Source: an uncultured Gemmatimonadales bacterium
GTDB lineage: Bacteria; Gemmatimonadota; Gemmatimonadetes; Gemmatimonadales; GWC2-71-9
Length of the DNA stretch: 64,000 nt
Direction: 5' to 3'
Assembly (NCBI GenBank): GCA_963739455.1
Contig: CAVUAK010000003.1
Coordinates: 192,001 to 256,000 of the forward strand
The position numbers were made by a program, and so were the translations under genes. Numbering within the stretch: position 1 is the first letter of the stretch; each line of letters opens with the position of its first letter. Shown here one piece after another: positions 48,930 through 57,750 of the stretch. Below the pieces are notes generated by a model, which was not told where the DNA came from, ran no database searches, and saw only the letters and a program-made list of their open reading frames with translations.

Positions 48930-50152
48930 CGGCACTCTTTCCAGTGCGCGGCCTCCCCACGCTCGATGCGGCGCCGCTGCCGCTTCCGCGTCATCGCGAT
49001 CTCTGCACCGACTGCGGCATCTCGCGCACGAGCGCGCCGGAGCGCTGTGGCCGTGCCTGCCAGTTCATCAACCCGCGCTACGCTGAGCTGGAACTGCAGG
49101 CCCATGGTCGCGCGCGCGATGCCGCGCGGGGCGATGAGGCGCTCTTCGGCACCTATCTCGAGATGCGCCGTGCGCGCCTGGCACGACGGTCGGCGGGCGC
49201 GCAGTGGAGCGGGATCACCACCCGCATCGGCGAGCAGTTGCTTGCGACCGGGGCGGTGCAGGCGGTGCTCGCGACGGCCGCCGACGCCTCCGATCGCTGG
49301 AAGCCACGCCCGGTGCTGGTGCGCGACGCCGCCGGGATGGCGGAGTGCCGTGGCATGAAGATGGGATTCTCGCCGGTGCTGGCACTGCTCGACGAGGTGG
49401 CGCGGCTGGGCCTCACGCGCATCGCGGTGATCGGTATCCCGTGCCAGGTGCATGCGTTGCGCGCGCTCGAGAAGGAACTCGGGCTCGAGAAGCTGTACAT
49501 CATCGGGACGCCATGCAGCGACAACACCACCACGGAGAATTTCCACTCGTTCCTGCGCCGGCTCACCCCGGAGCCGGAGCGTGTGACGTACTGCGAGTTC
49601 CAGCCCGACTACAACGTGGAGCTGCGGTTTGACGACGGTCGTGTCAGCCGGATCCCGTTCATCAAGCTGCCGATCGCCGACCTGCCGGCGGATTTCTTCC
49701 CGCTCACCTGTCGCGCCTGCTTTGACTACACCAACGCGCTGGCGGACGTGACGGTGGGCTACATGGCGGGGGCGGGCGACCAGTGGCTGATCGTGCGGAA
49801 CGCGCGCGGCCGCGAGCTCGTGGCGCTGCTGGAGGACGAGCTGGTGACCTCAGACCTCGGGTCAGGCGGCCATCGCCGCGCCGCCGTGCGTGGATTCCTC
49901 GGCAACCTGCAGCGCGGCGCCAACGGACTGCCGCTGCGCCGCGCCCCCCGGTGGGCCCGACCGCTGATCGCCTGGGCGATGCCGACCTTCGGCCCGCGCG
50001 GGCTGGAGTTCGCGCGGAGCCGCGTGGAGATGAAGCAACTGGAGGGGATTGTTGCGTTGCGGAAGCACCGGCCGCGGCGGCTGTTGCGGATGGTGCCTGA
50101 CTTCGCGTGGGCCACCGCGGTGCGATACGGACTGGCTGGGGGGAACGCATGA
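48926..50152 (+). CDS. bciB: Ferredoxin-dependent 8-vinyl reductase (FrhB family)
   Basis: LCTDCG...CGRACQF, GAQWSGI, GIPCQV, GTPCSDN, CRACFDY. Confidence 0.85.
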   Translation: MTALFPVRGLPTLDAAPLPLPRHRDLCTDCGISRTSAPERCGRACQFINPRYAELELQAHGRARDAARGDEALFGTYLEMRRARLARRSAGAQWSGITTRIGEQLLATGAVQAVLATAADASDRWKPRPVLVRDAAGMAECRGMKMGFSPVLALLDEVARLGLTRIAVIGIPCQVHALRALEKELGLEKLYIIGTPCSDNTTTENFHSFLRRLTPEPERVTYCEFQPDYNVELRFDDGRVSRIPFIKLPIADLPADFFPLTCRACFDYTNALADVTVGYMAGAGDQWLIVRNARGRELVALLEDELVTSDLGSGGHRRAAVRGFLGNLQRGANGLPLRRAPRWARPLIAWAMPTFGPRGLEFARSRVEMKQLEGIVALRKHRPRRLLRMVPDFAWATAVRYGLAGGNA

Positions 50153-51339
50153 CAGAGCCGCAGGTTGACGTCCTGGTGGTCGGAGGTGGCCCTGCCGGGT
50201 CGACGGCGGCATGGGACCTGGCCCGCAAGGGACACTCCGTGCTCCTGCTCGACCGCGACGGGCGGGTGAAGCCGTGCGGCGGGGCGGTGCCACCGCAGTT
50301 GATGACCGAGTTCGACGTGCCGTCGTCGCTCCTGGTGAACCGGGTGGACTGTGCGCGCATGGTGTCGCCGGTGGGGCGAGCGGTGGATATCCCGATCGAG
50401 AACGGCTACGTCGGCATGGTCGATCGCGAAGTGTTCGACGAGTGGCTGCGGCAGCGGGCGGTGGCGGTGGGTGCCGAGCGGCGCACCGGCATCTTCACCG
50501 GGCTCACGACCAACGCCGATGGTTCCGCCACGGTGACGTATCGCGATGGTAATTCGCGCTCTGATCGTACCGTGGAGGTGCGCGCCCGCATGGTGGTGGG
50601 CGCCGACGGGGCACTGTCGGCGGTGGCCCGCACCGCGATTCCCTGTTCCAGGGATGCGCGGTTCGTGTTCGCGTACCACGAGATCGTGGAGTCACCCGCC
50701 TCCTGGAACACCGAGGAGGCAAGCCGCTGCGACGTGTACTACGACGGTGGCCTCTCGCCCGACTTCTACTCCTGGGTGTTTCCGCACGGCGCCACGACGA
50801 GCATCGGCACCGGCAGCATGATCAAGGGATTCGACATGCGCGGCGCAGTATCGCGCCTGCGCGAGCGCACCGGCCTGACGAGCGTCAGCACCATGCGCCG
50901 GGAGGGTGCTCCCATTCCGCTGGTGCCGCTCAAGCGGTGGGACAACGGGCGCAACGTGGTGCTTGCCGGCGACGCATCCGGCGTGGTGGCGCCGGCCTCG
51001 GGAGAGGGGATCTACTACGCCATGGCGGGTGGCCGTGCCGCCGCCGATGCCATCGACGCCGCGCTCGAGCAGCGGGATGCGCGCCAGCTGGCCAATGCCC
51101 GGCGCGCCTTCATGCGGCAGCATGGGCAGGTGTTCCGGGTACTCAGCATCATGCAACGCTACTGGTACAGCACGGACGGACGCCGGGAACGGTTCGTGGC
51201 CATCTGCCGCGACCGCGACGTGCAGCGCCTCACCTTCGAGGGTTACATGCACAAGCGCCTCGTGCGCGCGGAGCCACTGGTTCACCTCCGCATCTTCTTC
51301 AAGAATATCGGGCACCTGAGCGGCCTGGTGCCGGTCTGA
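50149..51339 (+). CDS. bchP: Geranylgeranyl reductase
   Basis: VVGGGPAG, KPCGGA, SPDFYSWVFP, SGEGIYYA. Confidence 0.96.
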   Translation: MTEPQVDVLVVGGGPAGSTAAWDLARKGHSVLLLDRDGRVKPCGGAVPPQLMTEFDVPSSLLVNRVDCARMVSPVGRAVDIPIENGYVGMVDREVFDEWLRQRAVAVGAERRTGIFTGLTTNADGSATVTYRDGNSRSDRTVEVRARMVVGADGALSAVARTAIPCSRDARFVFAYHEIVESPASWNTEEASRCDVYYDGGLSPDFYSWVFPHGATTSIGTGSMIKGFDMRGAVSRLRERTGLTSVSTMRREGAPIPLVPLKRWDNGRNVVLAGDASGVVAPASGEGIYYAMAGGRAAADAIDAALEQRDARQLANARRAFMRQHGQVFRVLSIMQRYWYSTDGRRERFVAICRDRDVQRLTFEGYMHKRLVRAEPLVHLRIFFKNIGHLSGLVPV

Positions 51340-52232
51340 TGGGCGCCGCCACGCTACCGTCCCGGGCGATGGTGCAGGACGCCTCGCTCAAGGCGTTCGC
51401 CGCCGCGCACCTTCCGGCCGTCGAGCAGGGTCTCGCCGATGCCTGCGCCGGGCTTGCCGGGGCCTCGCCGCGCATGCAGCACGCGGTGCTCGATGCCGTC
51501 GATCCCAACGGCGGTGAGGCGCATCGCTGGCGCCCTCTGCTGGTGCTCGCGGCGGCCGATGCCTGTGGGACGGCGCCGCATCACGCACTCCACGCCGCGG
51601 TGGCGATCGAGCTGACCCACACGGCGTCGCTCGTGCTCGACGACCTCCCCTGCATGGATGACGCGCCGCTCCGCCGCGGTCGCCCGGCCACACACTGCCA
51701 GGTGGGCACGGCGCCCGCCATCCTCATCGCCGTGGGCCTGCTGGGTCGCGCGGTGGAGCTGCTGGGTCGCTCCCCCGGCAACGTGGCGCAGCTCTCGACC
51801 GAGTGGGGCGCGGCCGTGGGACTGCCGGGCATGGCCGGCGGCCAGGCCATGGACCTGCGCGACCGGGCCGGCGAGGCGCTGAGCGGCGATGCGCGGCGAC
51901 TCTATCGCCGGAAGACAACGGCACTGGCGGCGTTCGCCGCACGCGCCGGCGGGCTCGTGGCCGGCGCACCGACCAGCCTGCTGGATGCCCTGGGTCGCTT
52001 CGGCCATCACCTCGGCTGGGCCTATCAGCTTCGCGATGACGTCGCCGATATCGAGGAGGATGGTCGCCTCGTCGCGGTGGAACAGACGGCGGCACGACGC
52101 GCGCGCCTCGTGGTGCGTGCGGAGCGCGCGCTCCGTACCGGTGGATGGAGCCGGCCGGCCAGCGCCGAGGCGCTCGCGGCCGCGGCATGGCGCATTGCCG
52201 GCGTGACAGCGGTAGGGCAGCGTGCGCAGTGA
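51339..52232 (+). CDS. crtE: Polyprenyl (GGPP) synthase
   Basis: ASLVLDDLPCMD..RRG, GMAGGQ.MD, YQLRDD. Confidence 0.85.
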   Translation: MGAATLPSRAMVQDASLKAFAAAHLPAVEQGLADACAGLAGASPRMQHAVLDAVDPNGGEAHRWRPLLVLAAADACGTAPHHALHAAVAIELTHTASLVLDDLPCMDDAPLRRGRPATHCQVGTAPAILIAVGLLGRAVELLGRSPGNVAQLSTEWGAAVGLPGMAGGQAMDLRDRAGEALSGDARRLYRRKTTALAAFAARAGGLVAGAPTSLLDALGRFGHHLGWAYQLRDDVADIEEDGRLVAVEQTAARRARLVVRAERALRTGGWSRPASAEALAAAAWRIAGVTAVGQRAQ

Positions 52233-52724
52233 TGCACGCGGACGCCTGGTGGTTCCCGGTGCTCCTGGCACTGGGGTGGGGCCTCGTGCTGGGTGCGGTG
52301 GGCGGTTGGCTGACCACGCTGGACGCGTGGTACCGTCAGCTGACGCTTCCCCGCGTGGAAGCCACCCGACTGGGCGTTCGGTCCGGTGTGGACGACGATC
52401 TTCCTCTGCGCCGGCACCGCATTCGTGCTGGCGTGGAAGGGCGCCGGCCAGTCGGGCATGTCGCGCAGTGCGCTCATGATCGTCTTCGTCGCGAACGGCG
52501 TGTGCAACATGCTCTGGAGCTGGCTCTTCTTCCGGCGGCACCGGCCGGATCATGCGTACGTGGAGTCGTACCTCCTCTGGATCTCCATCCTGGCCATGCT
52601 CATCGTCGCCGGGTCGATGTCGCCGTGGGGTTACCTGCTGATCGCGCCGTATCTCGTCTGGGTCACCATCGCCACGGCGCTGACGCGCGCCGTCGTGCGA
52701 CTGAATGGTCCCTTTACCGGGTGA
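52232..52724 (+). CDS. tspO: TspO tryptophan-rich sensory protein, apparent +1 frameshift in the C-run at 52349-52352
   Basis: WYRQL.LP continues as WKPPDWAFGPVWT...NMLWSWLFF...PYLVW after removing one C. Confidence 0.85.
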
Positions 52725-52728
52725 CTGC

Positions 52729-54015
52729 GTGCTGATCTCCGTCGCACTCGACTTCCGGCAGGCCCCGATCACGGTTCGGGAGCGCTACTTCCTCTCCGAC
52801 GCGAGGGTGGCGGCGCTCTATGATGCGCCGCCGTCACCACTGGTGCGGGAGCTGGCGCTGCTGTCCACGTGCAACCGGCTCGAGCTGTACGCCTGGTCGG
52901 AGGCCCAGTCGCCGGGCGCGCTGGAACAGGCGTGGTGCGAGCTGGTGGATCGCTGGGCGGGTCAGGACGGGGATGAGCGCGACGGCCTCGCGGCGCTGGT
53001 GGTGCGCCGGCACGGCGACGAGGTCGCATCGCACCTGCTGCGTGTGGCATCGGGCCTCGAGTCACAGGTACTGGGCGACTCGCAGATCCTCGGGCAGGTG
53101 CGGCAGGCATACCGGGACGCGTCCCGCGCGGGCATGGTGGGCACGGCGTTGCATCGGCTCTTCGGTGCGGCCCTGCACGCGGCGAAGCGGGTGAAGCACG
53201 AAACGGGTTTGGTGGGAGGGCGCCACTCGGTGGGTGCTGAGGCGGCGTCGCTCGCCGCGCGGCGGCATGGGCCGCTCGCCAAGCGCCGCTGCATCGTGGT
53301 CGGTTGCGGCAAGACCGGTGAGCGGGCGGCGCGCCAGCTGGTCAAGTTCGGCGTCGCCGATCTCGTGCTCATCAACCGCAGCCTGCCGCGTGCGGAAGTG
53401 CTCGCGCGCGACCTGTGGGGCAGGGCCGCAACGTTCGACCGGCTGCATCGTGAACTGGCCCGGGCGGACATCGCCATCATCGCCACGAGCGCGGAGCAGC
53501 CTCCGGTGCGGGCCGCGTCCCTCCGCTTCTGCCGGGATGATGCTGGCACGACGGGGCATCCACTCATGCTGATCGACCTCTCCCTGCCACGGAACGTGGA
53601 GCCCGAGGTCGGGGGGCTGCCGGGAATTACCTTGCTCGACCTCGACGCACTGCACCTGCCGATGGCGCAGGCGGAGGCGCTGCGGCAGGCGGCGGTACCG
53701 CTCGCCGAGGCGATCGTGCAGGAGGAGCTCGCGACGTACAGTGCATGGGTCCGGGCCGAGGTGGCGCGCGAGGCGCTGCGTCCCCTGCACCAGGCACTGA
53801 CGGCGGTGTGCCGCCGTGAGCTGGGCTATGTAGGGGCGAAGAGCGGGGCAGACCTCGACCGGGCGGCGGAACGGATCGTGGCGAAGCTGATGGCCCGACC
53901 GATGACGGTGCTGCGGGGTGCCACCGAGCGGGGCGAGTCGCTGGAGGCCGCGGCCCTCACGTTGCGTCACCTCTTCGGGGCGCACGGCCTGGCGATTCCC
54001 GCCGAAGCGGAATGA
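52729..54015 (+). CDS. hemA: Glutamyl-tRNA reductase
   Basis: LSTCNR, SGLESQVLGDSQILGQ, VVGCG, IDLSLPRNV. Confidence 0.93.
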   Translation: MLISVALDFRQAPITVRERYFLSDARVAALYDAPPSPLVRELALLSTCNRLELYAWSEAQSPGALEQAWCELVDRWAGQDGDERDGLAALVVRRHGDEVASHLLRVASGLESQVLGDSQILGQVRQAYRDASRAGMVGTALHRLFGAALHAAKRVKHETGLVGGRHSVGAEAASLAARRHGPLAKRRCIVVGCGKTGERAARQLVKFGVADLVLINRSLPRAEVLARDLWGRAATFDRLHRELARADIAIIATSAEQPPVRAASLRFCRDDAGTTGHPLMLIDLSLPRNVEPEVGGLPGITLLDLDALHLPMAQAEALRQAAVPLAEAIVQEELATYSAWVRAEVAREALRPLHQALTAVCRRELGYVGAKSGADLDRAAERIVAKLMARPMTVLRGATERGESLEAAALTLRHLFGAHGLAIPAEAE

Positions 54016-54968
54016 GCGTGCTGCGCATTGGCACGCGAGCGAGCGCCCTGGCGCTCTGGCAGACCAACCGGGTGTGCGAAGCCCTTGCACGCCGGGGCCG
54101 TGCCACGGAGATCATCGAGATCAGCACCACCGGCGATATCCACGCCGAGGCGTCCATCGGGCAGCTGGCCGATCCCGCGCTGTTCACCCGCCAGCTCGAT
54201 GAGGCCATGCTGGCCTCGCGCATCGACCTCGCAGTGCATTCCCTCAAGGACCTGCCGACGCAACTGCCAGAGGGCATCCTGGTCGCCGCGGTGAGCGCGC
54301 GCGAGGACGCGCGCGATGCCCTGGTGACCCGCGGTGGGAAGTTCGCCGACATCCCGGCGGGCGGAACGATCGCCACCAGCAGCCTGCGGCGGCGCGCGCA
54401 ACTGCTCCGGGCCCGGCCCGACCTGGTGATTACCGAGATTCGCGGCAACGTGGGCACCCGGCTGTCCAAGCTCGAACAGAATGCAGGTTGGAGCGCGACG
54501 GTGCTGGCAGCGGCGGGATTGATACGGCTGGGCATGGAGGAGCGCATCTCGGAGCGGCTCTCGTTCGAGCTCATGCTCCCGGCGCCGGGACAGGCGGCGA
54601 TGGCAGTAACGGCACGCTTCGATGACATCAGCTCCATCGACGCGGTCCGCCGCGCGGTGCACGACGAGCGGAGTGCGCTCTGTGTGCAGGTCGAGCGGGC
54701 GATGCTGCATGACCTCGAGGGAGGCTGCGAGGTGCCCGTGGCGGCGCTGGCGGTCTTCGAGGATGCCAAGGGATGGTCGATGCGCTGCCGGGCGCGAGTG
54801 GCATCCCTCGATGGGCGGCAGGTGGCGGAAGCGGACGTGATCCGCTCCGTGCGCGGCAGCGATGATGCCGACACCTTCGGTCGCGAACTCGCGGCGGAGC
54901 TCCGCGACAAGGGTGCGGGACGCATCCTCGACGAGCTCGGGCTGGCGGCCGGCCGGGGGCGACCGTGA
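54012..54968 (+). CDS. hemC: Porphobilinogen deaminase
   Basis: IGTRASALA, AVHSLKD, TSSLRR, IRGNV.TRL, GGCEVP. Confidence 0.96.
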   Translation: MSVLRIGTRASALALWQTNRVCEALARRGRATEIIEISTTGDIHAEASIGQLADPALFTRQLDEAMLASRIDLAVHSLKDLPTQLPEGILVAAVSAREDARDALVTRGGKFADIPAGGTIATSSLRRRAQLLRARPDLVITEIRGNVGTRLSKLEQNAGWSATVLAAAGLIRLGMEERISERLSFELMLPAPGQAAMAVTARFDDISSIDAVRRAVHDERSALCVQVERAMLHDLEGGCEVPVAALAVFEDAKGWSMRCRARVASLDGRQVAEADVIRSVRGSDDADTFGRELAAELRDKGAGRILDELGLAAGRGRP

Positions 54969-55708
54969 GCAGCCGCACGCGCGTGATCTTCACCGGTGCC
55001 GCGGGAGCGCTGGCAGGACTCGGCGCCGCAGTGGAAGCGGACGGTGCACAGTTCACTGCGTGGCCGCTGATCTCGTTCACCGGGGCCATCGACCCGACGC
55101 TGCTCGAGGAAGCGCTTGGTCGGCTCGACCAATACGCGGCGGTGTGCATCACGTCGCCCCGTGCCGCCGGGGCGGTGGCGCGCGTAGTGGCTCAGCATGA
55201 CCTCGAACTGACTTTGGCACCGGTGGTGTGGACCAGCCCTGCATGCGAAGCAGTGCTGCGGCCGCTGTTTCCCCGGATCGAGGTGCTGCCGCGCGACCGG
55301 AGCACCGACGGTCTTGGCGCCGCGCTCGCCGAGACGATGCTGCGGCACGGGGTGCAGTCACCGGTGCTGTTTCCCTGCGGTGACCTGCATCGCGATGAGC
55401 TGGTGACTCGGCTCCGCGATGCCGGTCGCGTCGTGGACGTCGTGGAGGCGTATCGTACCGTCGTGGCCGAGCCGAGCCGCGCGCAGGCGGTGATGGCCGC
55501 TGCCGACGTCGTGGTGGTAACGAGCCCCAGCGTGGCGCGACTGATCGCGTCGCTCGAGCACTGCGAGCGACCCGCCCTCGTGGTGATCGGGCCCACCACG
55601 GCCGATGAGGCGACCCGCCACGGCTGGCCGCCGGACGCCGTGGCGGCATCACCCGCGGTCCCGGCCGTTGCGGCGGCCATTCACTCCTTGCTGCCGAGTT
55701 ATTCATGA
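54965..55708 (+). CDS. hemD: Uroporphyrinogen-III synthase
   Basis: ITSP, AYRT, VTSPS, IGPTT; lies between hemC and hemE. Confidence 0.85.
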   Translation: MSSRTRVIFTGAAGALAGLGAAVEADGAQFTAWPLISFTGAIDPTLLEEALGRLDQYAAVCITSPRAAGAVARVVAQHDLELTLAPVVWTSPACEAVLRPLFPRIEVLPRDRSTDGLGAALAETMLRHGVQSPVLFPCGDLHRDELVTRLRDAGRVVDVVEAYRTVVAEPSRAQAVMAAADVVVVTSPSVARLIASLEHCERPALVVIGPTTADEATRHGWPPDAVAASPAVPAVAAAIHSLLPSYS

Positions 55709-56748
55709 TCGCGGTCGAGAAGAACGAACTGCTGCTGCGCGCATGCGCCGGCGAGCCAGTGGAGCGACCCCCGGTGTGGATGATGCGCCAGGCGGGACGA
55801 TATCTCCCGGAGTACCGCGCTGTGCGGGCGCGCAGCGATTTTCTCACCATGGTGCGGACGCCGGAGCTGGCAGTGGAGGTGACGCTCCAGCCGGTCGACC
55901 TCGTGGGCGTCGACGCAGCGATCATCTTCAGCGACATCCTGGTCATCCCGGAAGCGATGGGCATGCCGCTCACGGTCGATGAGGGCGTGGGCCCGCGCTT
56001 CGGCAGCACCATCCGCTCGGCCGCCGAGCTGGCGCAGCTGCGCGACCCGATGGCCGACGGCGCGCTCGCGTACGTCACCGACGCCATCCGGCTGGCCCGT
56101 CGCGAGCTGGACGGCCGGGTTCCCCTGATCGGGTTTGCCGGCGCGCCGTGGACGCTGGCCTCATACATGATCGAGGGCCAGGGCACCAAGAGCTTCAGCG
56201 TGGCGAAGCGAGTGCTGGTGCAGGCACCGGCGCTGGCGCACCAGTTGCTCGGCCGTCTTGCCGAAGCGGTGGGCCGGTTCCTCTGTGCCCAGGTCGAGGC
56301 CGGCGCCCAGGTGGTGCAGCTCTTCGATTCGTGGGCTGGCGCACTGGGTCCCGACGACTATCGCACCTTCGCGCTGCCGTACCTGGCGAAGGCGGTGGCA
56401 ATTGCACGGACCGCGGGCGCGCCGGTGATCGTGTTCTCCCCCGGCGCGGGCTGGGCGCTATCCGAAATCCTGGAAGCCACCCAGGCCGACGTCGTCGGGG
56501 TGGATTGGCATGTGGCACCCGCGACCGCGCGCCGGCAGCTTGGGCCGCAGCAGGCGCTCCAGGGCAACTTCGACCCATGCTGGCTCTATGGTACGCCGGC
56601 GGAGATCCGCCAGCGCGCGCATGCGATGCTCGATGCCTTCGGGACGGGGCCGCTCATCGCCAACCTCGGCCACGGCATCCTTCCCGATACGCCAGTGGCC
56701 AATGCTCGGGCGTTCATCGATGCGGTGAAGGAATGGCGCAGCCGATGA
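55705..56748 (+). CDS. hemE: Uroporphyrinogen decarboxylase
   Basis: PVWMMRQAGRYLPEY, FSDIL, NLGHGI. Confidence 0.97.
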   Translation: MIAVEKNELLLRACAGEPVERPPVWMMRQAGRYLPEYRAVRARSDFLTMVRTPELAVEVTLQPVDLVGVDAAIIFSDILVIPEAMGMPLTVDEGVGPRFGSTIRSAAELAQLRDPMADGALAYVTDAIRLARRELDGRVPLIGFAGAPWTLASYMIEGQGTKSFSVAKRVLVQAPALAHQLLGRLAEAVGRFLCAQVEAGAQVVQLFDSWAGALGPDDYRTFALPYLAKAVAIARTAGAPVIVFSPGAGWALSEILEATQADVVGVDWHVAPATARRQLGPQQALQGNFDPCWLYGTPAEIRQRAHAMLDAFGTGPLIANLGHGILPDTPVANARAFIDAVKEWRSR

Positions 56749-57695
56749 ACGAGGTGCTGGCCGAGACCACGATGCGGCAACAGGCCACGGCCTGGGCGGC
56801 ATCGGTGCACGATGCTGCCACGGCGTTCTTTGCCAGCGCCGACGAGGGCGGGATGTTCGTCGAGGAGGTGTGGGAGCGTCCTGGCGGCGGTGGCGGCGTG
56901 TCCCGGCGCCTCGACGAGGGGAGCACCTTCGAGCGGGCAGGGGTCAACCGATCGGCGGTCGAGGGAGCGCTCGACCGGGAGCTCGCCGTGCGACTGGCGC
57001 TGCCACCTGAGGCCGCCGAGGGCTGCCGGTTCTTCGGAACTGGCGTGAGCCTGGTGGTGCATCCCCGGAGTCCGCGTATCCCCACGGTGCACCTCAATGT
57101 CCGCTATTTCGAGCTCACCAACCCCGCTGGCGACGTAATCGATGCCTGGTTCGGGGGCGGGACCGACCTGACGCCGACGTACCCGACGCCAGACGACGCC
57201 CGGCACTTTCATCGGGTGCTGGCGGAGACGTGTGCCCGCCACGATGCGGGGTATTACCCCAGGTTCAAGGGGTGGTGCGACCGGTATTTCCGGAACACCC
57301 ATCGGGACAACGAGGCGCGTGGTGTGGGGGGAATCTTCTTTGACCACCTGCGAGTGGCCGAACACGGATTTGAGCCGCTGATGGCGTTCGCGGGTGCGGT
57401 GGGTCGGGTGCTGCCCGAGGCCTATGGTCCGATCGTGGACCGCTGGCGCGGAGCCCCCTACGGCGAGTCCGAGCGCCGGCTCCAGCTGTTCCGGCGCGGT
57501 CGCTATGTTGAATTCAACCTTTTGCACGACCGGGGCACTACTTTCGGTCTCCAGAGTGGAGCCCGGACTGAGAGCGTCCTCATGAGCCTCCCCCCACTGG
57601 CACGGTGGGACACCGATGCCGCGATGGAGTCCGATGCCCTGGCCCAGGCGCTCCGCGCCATGCTCGTCCCTCAAGATTGGCTTGCCCCGACCTGA
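56745..57695 (+). CDS. hemF: O2-dependent coproporphyrinogen III oxidase
   Basis: HLNVRY, WFGGG.DLTP, RGVGGIFFD, RRGRYVEFNL.HDRGT.FG. Confidence 0.96.
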   Translation: MNEVLAETTMRQQATAWAASVHDAATAFFASADEGGMFVEEVWERPGGGGGVSRRLDEGSTFERAGVNRSAVEGALDRELAVRLALPPEAAEGCRFFGTGVSLVVHPRSPRIPTVHLNVRYFELTNPAGDVIDAWFGGGTDLTPTYPTPDDARHFHRVLAETCARHDAGYYPRFKGWCDRYFRNTHRDNEARGVGGIFFDHLRVAEHGFEPLMAFAGAVGRVLPEAYGPIVDRWRGAPYGESERRLQLFRRGRYVEFNLLHDRGTTFGLQSGARTESVLMSLPPLARWDTDAAMESDALAQALRAMLVPQDWLAPT

Positions 57696-57723
57696 ATCTG
57701 CGTCATGTGTCTTGACATGACGG

Positions 57724-57741
57724 TGTCAACGCGGCATTACA
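57724..57741. promoter_or_regulatory. PpsR box upstream of the bacteriophytochrome gene
   Basis: TGTCAACGCGGCATTACA matches TGT-N12-ACA; TTGACA just upstream at 57712-57717. Confidence 0.75.
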
Positions 57742-57750
57742 TACGAGCCT

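Noticed and set aside
48926..50152. F420 hydrogenase beta subunit
   Set aside because: No other hydrogenase genes; position in the bchG-bchP operon fits BciB
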